Shown piece by piece: positions 57,123-64,000 of a stretch of DNA of 64,000 bases. The stretch is from Minisyncoccota bacterium (GTDB taxonomy: Bacteria > Patescibacteriota > Minisyncoccia > Phycocordibacterales > UBA5272): assembly GCA_046350775.1 (NCBI GenBank), contig JAXLZS010000001.1, forward strand, positions 223,930-287,929. Reading direction: 5' to 3'. Below the pieces are notes generated by a model. It searched no databases, was not told where the DNA came from, and saw only the letters and a program-made list of their open reading frames with translations. The position numbers and the translations under genes were made by a program. The stretch's first letter is position 1; every line of letters begins with the position of its first letter.

Positions 57123-57521
57123 TTACAAATCTGTTTTAATCTCTTTTAATATAAAACTAAGATTGACTGGGAGTTTTTCTTCTGCTTCTTCAATTGAAAA
57201 CCAACGTTTCTCAATATCACTTTCTCCATCATCTACTTTTCTAATAACTTTAGAAAGAAACATAAAAATTCTTATAGCTTCACCAGACTCTTTATGAGTA
57301 TATGTAATATTGGAAAGTTCTCCTAAGAGTTCAATCTCATAACCTGTCTCTTCTAAAATTTCCCTTCTAGCTGTATATTCTTTTGTTTCGCCTTCTTCCA
57401 TGTGACCTTTTGGAAAAGACCAATTATTTTGATCTGGGATTGTAACTAAAAGAATTTTTCCTTCATTTAGCACAATACTTCCAGCTTTCATGGTCTCGTT
57501 ATTTTCATTTTTTATTTTCAT
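57123..57521 (-). CDS. Nudix hydrolase
   Basis: WSFPKGHMEEGETKEYTARREILEETG (Nudix box). True start is 57521; the track's extension overlaps the tRNA. Confidence 0.9.
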   Translation of the reverse strand: MKIKNENNETMKAGSIVLNEGKILLVTIPDQNNWSFPKGHMEEGETKEYTARREILEETGYEIELLGELSNITYTHKESGEAIRIFMFLSKVIRKVDDGESDIEKRWFSIEEAEEKLPVNLSFILKEIKTDL

Positions 57522-57528
57522 ATTTTTG

Positions 57529-57615
57529 CGGAGAATGTGAGATTCGAACTCACGGAACCAATAAAGGTTCGGCGGTTTAGTAAACCGCTGGTTTAAACCA
57601 CTCACCCAATTCTCC
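57529..57615 (-). tRNA. tRNA-Ser with ACT anticodon, CCA not encoded
   Basis: GGAGAAT/ATTCTCC-G73, anticodon arm GCGGT-TT[ACT]AA-ACCGC, long variable arm GAACC-TTTATT-GGTTC, GTTCGAATC. Confidence 0.88.
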
Positions 57616-57624
57616 TTTTAAATC

Positions 57625-57714
57625 TGGCGGAGACGATGGGATTTGAACCCATGAGGGGATTGCTCCCCTGCCTCGTTAGCAGTGAGGTGCCTTCGACCAC
57701 TCAGCCACGTCTCC
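57625..57714 (-). tRNA. tRNA-Ser (GCT), CCA encoded
   Basis: GGAGACG/CGTCTCC-G-CCA, loop CT[GCT]AA, variable arm AGGGGA-GCAA-TCCCCT. Confidence 0.93.
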
Positions 57715-57805
57715 AATGAAAGACATTTTAACACAAAAAAGTTTTTTCTAGAAATTTACTTTGAATGTTATAATATATCATTATAAAATTAAAAATAATA
57801 AAGAT

Positions 57806-58114
57806 ATGATTAGAGAATTCGCATTATTTATAAGAGAAAAAGGAGTTATTGGGCTCGCTGTAGGTATAATTGTCGGTGGAGCAGTCACAAAATTTGTAAA
57901 CGCAATCATCACTGATCTACTAAATCCGATAATCAGCGCAGTGATTGGTGGAGGAAAAGGCTTGGTCACTTATTCATATACAGTGCCAGGCACAAGTATA
58001 AACTTTACTTATGGGAACCTTATTTCAGAATTTATAAATTTTATAGCTATCTTGTTGGTTGTATATATATTATTTGTAAAATCCCCTGTTAATAAATTAG
58101 ATAAGAAATCATAA
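57806..58114 (+). CDS. mscL: Large-conductance mechanosensitive channel
   Basis: EF..FI....VIGLAVGII.GGA.TK.VNA...DL.NP, YG.LI...INF. Start at ATG 57806. Confidence 0.9.
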   Translation: MIREFALFIREKGVIGLAVGIIVGGAVTKFVNAIITDLLNPIISAVIGGGKGLVTYSYTVPGTSINFTYGNLISEFINFIAILLVVYILFVKSPVNKLDKKS

Positions 58115-58171
58115 AATGAAATAACAAAATAAAAAACTCGCAAAATTTGCGAGTTTTTTATTATTTATTTT

Positions 58172-58762
58172 TTAAGAATTATCAGCTAAAGTTGCCTTTA
58201 CAGTATCAACTTTATCGATAGTATTCATAATAGAGATAACCTGATCCTCGTATCCTTCAATAACAGACCCATTGTAATACCAAAGCTTTTTCTTAATGTT
58301 ATTATTTGAATAATAACGAGCTGTCTTTGGATTGGCACCACCAAGATTTCTACCAACAGTCTCGATAGCTTCATCGAAATTGTCGAATTTAATCTTAGCA
58401 GATCCCCAACCGAAAGGATTGGTATTGTAAGCAAATTTTCCACCTGTAGATTCACGCATAGCAATAGCTGGTAGGAAGTTGTATGGAAGACCATACTTCT
58501 CAGCTACAAGCACAAATTGCATTCCATGGCCAGCAAGAGGAGCAGATTTGCTTTCAAAGTAAGCGTCGATCTTATCAGCTTTTTGCTTTCTAAGAGCCTC
58601 CACACTTTGGTCTTGATCAGAATTAACCTTTAATTCTTTTAATTCAACTACGTTATTAGAGTTGGTTGAATTATCAGAAACTATATTTAACCCTAAAGTC
58701 GACAATGCGAGTACTGGAATAAACGCAGAGACGAGAAGAGTATTTTGTAGATATTTTTTCAT
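58172..58762 (-). CDS. Secreted glucosaminidase/lysozyme-like cell-wall hydrolase
   Basis: Signal peptide; PLAG.G..FV..AEKYGL...LPAIAM.EST.GK...NPFGWG (GH73-like). Confidence 0.75.
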   Translation of the reverse strand: MKKYLQNTLLVSAFIPVLALSTLGLNIVSDNSTNSNNVVELKELKVNSDQDQSVEALRKQKADKIDAYFESKSAPLAGHGMQFVLVAEKYGLPYNFLPAIAMRESTGGKFAYNTNPFGWGSAKIKFDNFDEAIETVGRNLGGANPKTARYYSNNNIKKKLWYYNGSVIEGYEDQVISIMNTIDKVDTVKATLADNS

Positions 58763-59006
58763 AACGTTGCGGTTTAGCTCCGCGAACTACCCATAACTGT
58801 ATATATTCCGTATAGAAACGAAAAATGAGCTTGTTTGCTCATATGTAGATATGATAGCAAAATACAAATCAAAAGTCAAGTACTCTGACACTATTTTCTT
58901 AACTTGTCAAATATATATCCCAAAAAAGCCTTATTTTATAAGGATATTTTGACTTTATCAAAAAATGTGCTAATATTTACATATCTCTAAAATAACAAAA
59001 AATAGA

Positions 59007-59081
59007 GGCCCTATCGTCTAGCGGCTAGGACATATCCCTCTCACGGATAAAACTGGGGTTCGATTCCCCATAGGGTCACCA
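59007..59081 (+). tRNA. tRNA-Glu (CTC), CCA encoded
   Basis: GGCCCTA...TATCC-CT[CTC]AC-GGATA...GGTTCGATTCC...TAGGGTC-A-CCA. Confidence 0.95.
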
Positions 59082-59157
59082 AAATTTATAAATCTGGCTC
59101 CAAAATCAGCAAAAAGATGAAATATAAATCCAAATAAAGGATTATTATAGATAATAT

Positions 59158-61899
59158 TTATTTCTTTTTCAGGTCTTTTATTTGAATAGGAGAAACTATT
59201 TTCTGTTTTCTAATTTTCTTTACTTCGACAGAAATAGACTTTTTAATATCTTTTGTAACTGTATCCTTTTCTTCTTTTAAATTTACCTCTACTATATTCT
59301 CAGTAGCCTTATTTTCTTTAGTATTTTGATTTTCAAGCATGACTTTGGCCAATTCGTTGAGGAGATTGGTCTGTAGATACCTTTTTATAGGTCTTGCTCC
59401 ATAGTGAGTATCAAAAGAAGATTCAGCTATAAATTCTTTAGCCTTTTCAGTGACAACCAATCTAAGGCCCTTTCCTGACAATCTCTCTGAGATTTTAGCG
59501 AGTTCCAGATCTACTATTTGTTTTATTTCTTCTTTTTTCAAAATATCAAAGACAATAATATCATCTAGTCTATTTAAAAATTCTGGCTTGAAAAAATCCT
59601 TGAGTGAAGACATGACTTTTTCTTTAGTTTCAGAATAATTTAGACTTTCCTCGTTATTTGAATTATTAAATCCAATCTTTTCCATGTTTTGGATATATTT
59701 TGATCCAATATTACTGGTCATAATGATGATACTGTTTTTAAAATTTACAAATCTTCCCTTACTATCGCGTAGTCTACCCTCATCTAGTACTTGAAGTAAA
59801 ATATTAAATACTTCTGGATGGGCTTTTTCGACTTCGTCAAAAAGTATGACTGAATATGGTCTGTGACGTACAGCCTCAGTTAAATGACCAGACTCTTCGT
59901 AGCCAACATATCCTGGAGGAGAGCCTATCAATTTTGATACAGAGTGCTTTTCCATATATTCACTCATGTCTACTTTGATCAGAGCCTTCTCGTCATTAAA
60001 CATAAATTCAGCCAAAGCTTTGGTGAGCTCTGTCTTTCCTACTCCTGTCGGACCGAGAAACATAAATGATCCAATAGGTCTATCTGGATCACTAATACCT
60101 ACCCGACTCCTGCGTACAGCATCTGAGATTTTTTGTATTGCTTCTTTTTGCCCAATGACACGAGCCGAAAGAGTGTCTTCCATTCTTTTTAGTTTTTCCT
60201 GCTCACCCTCGAGCATCCTTGATAGAGGTACGCCCGTCCATCGAGAAACAACATTGGCGATATCTTCTTCATTTATCTCTTCACGAAGCACCCTTCTCAC
60301 TTTTTGTATTTTTTGCAACTTGTCTAATTTTGTATTTATTTCTTGATTCAATTTTGGCATCTCAGCATATCTGATCTCGGCAATACGCACAAGATCTCCA
60401 AGAGACTCTTTGACTTCCGCTTCAGCACGAAGATGGTCAAGCTTTTTTCTTAATGAAGAAATATCATCAAGTAAAACTTTTTCATTTGTCCATCTTATCT
60501 CTAGTTCTTTTGTACTTTCTTTAATATTAAAGATTTCTTTCTCTACTTCTTTTATTTTAGAAATAAGATTTTGATCTTTTTTATTAACTGATAATTCTTT
60601 TAAAAGAGCCTCTTTTTCTATTTGAAGTTTTAATATTTTACGATGAGCATCTTCCAATTCAGCAGGTTTATTTTCTAAAGATATTCTCATACTTGAAGCA
60701 GCTTCATCTATAAGATCAATAGCCTTGTCTGGCAAAAATCTATTTGTAATATATCTCACAGAAAAATTTACAGCAGAAGAAAGAGCTGCATCAGTAATAC
60801 GTACTCCATGAAATAGCTCATATCTTTCTTTGAGGCCACGCAAAATAGCCAGAGTATCTTCTATTGATGGCTCTTCCACAAAAACAGTTTGAAATCTTCT
60901 GGCTAAAGCAGCGTCTTTTTCTATATGTTTTTGATATTCATTTATAGTTGTTGCTCCTATGACTCTTAATTCACCCCGAGCAAGAGCTGGCTTCAATAGA
61001 TTTGCCACATCGTTTGCCCCTTCTGCAGCACCAGCACCAACTATCGTATGTATCTCATCAATAAATAAAATTATTTTTCCTTCACTCCTTTCTATCTCTT
61101 TCATTATTTGCTTTAATCTCTCTTCAAATTCTCCTCTAAATTTTGTACCAGCGATAAGCATGCCGAGATCAAGAAGCACAACCTCTTTGTCTTTAAGGCT
61201 TTCTGGGACATCATTTTTAGCTATTCTATTTGCCAAACCTTCCACTACTGCCGTCTTTCCAGTTCCTGGCTCGCCAATCAGAATTGGATTATTTTTTGTA
61301 CGACGAGAAAGTATTTGCATGACTCTCATTATCTCATTGTCTCTACCTATGACCGGATCAAGTTTATCTTGTCTTGCAAGATCTGTGAGATTACGAGTAA
61401 ATTTTATCAGCCACTTATTTTTCTTTGGTGCTGGAGCGTCTTGTACATTTACACTTCTATATTCTAATATCAAAGATTTTGTCACTTCTCTATCCAGTTT
61501 AAACCTAGCCAAGACCTCTTCAGTCTTACCCTTTGAATCAAGCAAAGCTAAAAACATAGCCTCTATACCGATAAATTCATCACCCATTTCTTTTGCTACA
61601 TTTATAGAGTTTTCTAAAGTTTGAGCCAGCTCTGGAGTGAGATACATCTGATAGGCAGAAGATAAAGTCTGTGCGGATTGATGACCTTCAATATTTTCTA
61701 TAACCACATCTAATAATAATACATAGTCCACTCCCATTTTTTCTAAAATCGGTATAATAATACTATCTTCTTGAAGTAAGATGCCAGCTAAAAGATGAAG
61801 TGGTGTGACCTGATTTTGATTTCTTTCAATTGCAATCTCATGTGCACGCCTTATCACTTCTTTAGCTTTAGTTGTAAAATTGTTGAATGCTGGAGGCAT
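59158..61899 (-). CDS. clpB: ATP-dependent chaperone ClpB
   Basis: Clp-N domain, [18 protein letters not shown], long coiled-coil M domain, [25 protein letters not shown]. Confidence 0.93.
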   Translation of the reverse strand: MPPAFNNFTTKAKEVIRRAHEIAIERNQNQVTPLHLLAGILLQEDSIIIPILEKMGVDYVLLLDVVIENIEGHQSAQTLSSAYQMYLTPELAQTLENSINVAKEMGDEFIGIEAMFLALLDSKGKTEEVLARFKLDREVTKSLILEYRSVNVQDAPAPKKNKWLIKFTRNLTDLARQDKLDPVIGRDNEIMRVMQILSRRTKNNPILIGEPGTGKTAVVEGLANRIAKNDVPESLKDKEVVLLDLGMLIAGTKFRGEFEERLKQIMKEIERSEGKIILFIDEIHTIVGAGAAEGANDVANLLKPALARGELRVIGATTINEYQKHIEKDAALARRFQTVFVEEPSIEDTLAILRGLKERYELFHGVRITDAALSSAVNFSVRYITNRFLPDKAIDLIDEAASSMRISLENKPAELEDAHRKILKLQIEKEALLKELSVNKKDQNLISKIKEVEKEIFNIKESTKELEIRWTNEKVLLDDISSLRKKLDHLRAEAEVKESLGDLVRIAEIRYAEMPKLNQEINTKLDKLQKIQKVRRVLREEINEEDIANVVSRWTGVPLSRMLEGEQEKLKRMEDTLSARVIGQKEAIQKISDAVRRSRVGISDPDRPIGSFMFLGPTGVGKTELTKALAEFMFNDEKALIKVDMSEYMEKHSVSKLIGSPPGYVGYEESGHLTEAVRHRPYSVILFDEVEKAHPEVFNILLQVLDEGRLRDSKGRFVNFKNSIIIMTSNIGSKYIQNMEKIGFNNSNNEESLNYSETKEKVMSSLKDFFKPEFLNRLDDIIVFDILKKEEIKQIVDLELAKISERLSGKGLRLVVTEKAKEFIAESSFDTHYGARPIKRYLQTNLLNELAKVMLENQNTKENKATENIVEVNLKEEKDTVTKDIKKSISVEVKKIRKQKIVSPIQIKDLKKK

Positions 61900-61944
61900 A
61901 ATTATTTTTTTATATTTAAAATTTTATTTTATGAAAATATTTTG

Positions 61945-62520
61945 TTATTTTTCAAATCTCTCTTCGCAAATCTTCCAATCCAAATTTTCCAAAAATGCGT
62001 TTATATAATCAGATTTTTTTGTGCCAAAATCTAGTAAAAAAGCATGCTCTAGCATATCTATACAAAATATTACTTTTGAGTTAGCAAATATGCCAGTATT
62101 GTGCTCTTCAAACCACAAAGTAAACAATTCATTATCATTTTCGCCTTTTACTAGAGCAATCCAACCTATACCGCGCATTGTACCGATACTTTTGAAAGTG
62201 TTTAGCCAATTTTCAAAACTCCCATAAATCTCATCAATCTTTTTTGCTAAACCGCTCTCAGGATTTAATTTGTTAGGATTTTTTGATAAAGATTCAAAAT
62301 AGATTTCGTGTAATTTCATCCCATTGTATTCCCAGCCCATCCTTCTTTCTATCTCACTCGCTTCAATGCTTCCTTTTTCTACAGTGCCATCATTCCATTT
62401 ATTGAGAATACTATTAATATTTTTAACATATCCCTCATAAAGAGTAAAGTGAAGTCTTAACGCTTCATCAGAAAAACCTTTCAAACCTAATAAATTTTCA
62501 TAATTTTTTGCTGTATACAT
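61945..62520 (-). CDS. Fe/Mn superoxide dismutase
   Basis: LH..LY.GYV, NG..LHE.YF, G.GW, D..EHAF..D.G..K..YI.AF..NLDW. Confidence 0.88.
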   Translation of the reverse strand: MYTAKNYENLLGLKGFSDEALRLHFTLYEGYVKNINSILNKWNDGTVEKGSIEASEIERRMGWEYNGMKLHEIYFESLSKNPNKLNPESGLAKKIDEIYGSFENWLNTFKSIGTMRGIGWIALVKGENDNELFTLWFEEHNTGIFANSKVIFCIDMLEHAFLLDFGTKKSDYINAFLENLDWKICEERFEK

Positions 62521-62573
62521 ATTTTCTTTTTTCTTTATTTTAACATAATAAAAGATAATATGTTTAGTCTGTA

Positions 62574-63854
62574 TTATTTCTTAAATTTATAATAAATTTC
62601 TTTTAAAGTTTTAGAAAATCTCTTTAAATCTTCATCTTTAATGTCTTCATTGATAGAGATACGAATAGTCTCACGGGCAACTTTTTCAGCTTCAAACTTT
62701 TTGATTTTATTTTTATAAAGACTAAATATCACATGACTGTATTCATCACTCTTGGCACTACAGGCCGATCCTGCTGAGACAGAAAATCCTTTCTTATCTA
62801 GTCGAAGCACCATCTCATCAGATGGAAAATCTGGTAGCCAGACAGAAATATTTGATGGAAGTCTCTTTGCAATCCTATCTTCTCTGACAATACCCTGTTT
62901 GTCGAGTTTCCATTCATTTTCATTCCAACATCCGTTTAATTTTGCTTCTGGAATGTTTTTCAAAATATCTTTCAATAAATCATTTCTTTTTTTTACTATT
63001 TCTTGTAAGAGTTTTTGATTTTTATGTTTTTCTTCTACTTCTTCTATGGCTCTAGCTAGTCCTACCGCCTTTTCAATGTCTACTGTACCAGAAAAAATAT
63101 TTCTCTCTTGCCCACCACCAAAATAAAATGGAGAAATTTTCACGTTTTCTTTTTTAAATAATATTCCACTAGATTTTGGGCCATATATTTTGGATCCGTT
63201 TAAAGACAAAAGATCTACTCCGAGCATATCTATATATAGTGAGAGATAATTACCAGCTTGAGCTGCGTCTGTGTGAAAATACGGATAAGAAAAACTATCT
63301 TTATTGTTTTTCTTTTTCCAGTCTTTTATTTTTTTGCCTATGTTTTTTATTTCTTGAATTGTCCCAATCTCATTGTTTACATACATTATAGATATCAAAA
63401 TAGTATTATCTCTTATTTCTTTTTCTATATTATCTGGATTTATAATGCCATTATCATCACAATCTAAATAAGTAACTTCTATCTTTCCTGATTTTTCTAA
63501 AAATTTTATATTTTCTAAAACTGCGGCATGCTCTATATTTGAAGTGATTATATGTGGCTTGATATCTTTACTATTTTCTAGAAAATACTCTGTCACACCA
63601 AAAATAGCAGATACACAAGAAAGTGTTCCATTATTTGTAAAATATATCTCATGATCTTTTACACCTAAAACTCTAGCTATTCTGAGTCTAGAATCGTGAA
63701 GTATATTTTCAGCTTTTTGTCCTTCCTTATACAAATTAGCTGGATTAAAATTAAGAGCCGAAACTTTTTTCATTTCAGATAAAACTTTTTTGCTTGGCAT
63801 AGTCTGCGAAGCAAAATCTAAATAGACTCTATTATTTATATTTTTCTTATCCAT
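62574..63854 (-). CDS. iscS: Cysteine desulfurase, IscS/NifS type
   Basis: YLDFASQT, NP..L, IEHAAV, NNEIGTIQ, HTDAAQ, SKIYGPK, SAGSAC (group I). Confidence 0.88.
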   Translation of the reverse strand: MDKKNINNRVYLDFASQTMPSKKVLSEMKKVSALNFNPANLYKEGQKAENILHDSRLRIARVLGVKDHEIYFTNNGTLSCVSAIFGVTEYFLENSKDIKPHIITSNIEHAAVLENIKFLEKSGKIEVTYLDCDDNGIINPDNIEKEIRDNTILISIMYVNNEIGTIQEIKNIGKKIKDWKKKNNKDSFSYPYFHTDAAQAGNYLSLYIDMLGVDLLSLNGSKIYGPKSSGILFKKENVKISPFYFGGGQERNIFSGTVDIEKAVGLARAIEEVEEKHKNQKLLQEIVKKRNDLLKDILKNIPEAKLNGCWNENEWKLDKQGIVREDRIAKRLPSNISVWLPDFPSDEMVLRLDKKGFSVSAGSACSAKSDEYSHVIFSLYKNKIKKFEAEKVARETIRISINEDIKDEDLKRFSKTLKEIYYKFKK

Positions 63855-63915
63855 AATTAATTATTAATATACAATATTTTATAGACTTTGGCAATTTATA
63901 AAATGAAAACTTTTA

Positions 63916-64000
63916 TTGACTCATAAAATTTATAAAGTTAAAATATATAAAAGTTCTTTAAATATTAACTGATACAAAAAAAACAAAAAATGATAAGTGG
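63916..64000 (+). promoter_or_regulatory. Promoter, boxA-like leader and start (ATG 63990) of a probable further orphan cassette
   Basis: TTGACT-N17-TAAAAT, then AGTTCTTTAAA, then A-rich AAACAAAAA-ATG; truncated by the window end. Confidence 0.45.

Noticed and set aside
57522-57605. N-terminal extension of the Nudix ORF; likewise ORF 14114..14311
   Set aside because: They overlap tRNA genes. The real Nudix start is 57521.
55577-57714. Integrative island at the tRNA-Ser 3' end
   Set aside because: Accessory-looking genes follow the tRNA, but I found no integrase and no duplicated tRNA 3' end.
60959-61624. Long antisense ORFs (221 aa here; also 4018..4449, 30172..30609, 59966..60346)
   Set aside because: They are shadows of highly conserved genes on the opposite strand and show no motifs of their own.
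1-64000. Alternative genetic code (UGA recoding as in Gracilibacteria/Absconditabacteria)
   Set aside because: Core genes translate full length under code 11, and TGA terminates ORFs (e.g. 25066, 56698).

Overview
This is an AT-rich chromosomal window, most likely from a Patescibacteria/CPR (Parcubacteria-type) genome. That call is inferred from gene content: a sigma70-R4/HARE-HTH protein, short PrfA, split transketolase, no Shine-Dalgarno motifs and very short leaders. Nearly all housekeeping genes lie on the minus strand: mltG (partial), leuS, sufS-sufU-sufC-sufT, uvrA, uvrB, tgt, rpiB-rpe-tkt, nrdD-nrdG, gap, a two-component system, prfA, rpmE, ychF, mraZ-rsmH-ftsL-ftsI, lysS, greA, mreB-mreC-mrdA, clpB, sod and an IscS-type desulfurase. 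There are four tRNAs: Tyr-GTA, Ser-GCT, Ser-ACT and Glu-CTC. I found no transposase, integrase, prophage or CRISPR array. Main observations: (1) a second population of self-contained orphan gene cassettes, each with its own promoter, longer leader (often boxA-like), different start-codon context and own terminator, spaced about every 3.2-4 kb between 7 and 39 kb; (2) an intact tRNA-Ser with the rare ACU anticodon beside tRNA-Ser(GCU); (3) two candidate structured non-coding RNAs at ~39.2-39.4 kb and ~40.8-41.1 kb; (4) remodelled enzymes: LeuRS with inserted alpha/beta-hydrolase and Nudix domains, TGT with an inserted hydrophobic hairpin, a transketolase lacking its catalytic motifs, a stand-alone RNAP alphaCTD-like protein and a degenerate PilB/GspE-like ATPase fragment. 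All calls come from reading motifs by eye; no database search was run.
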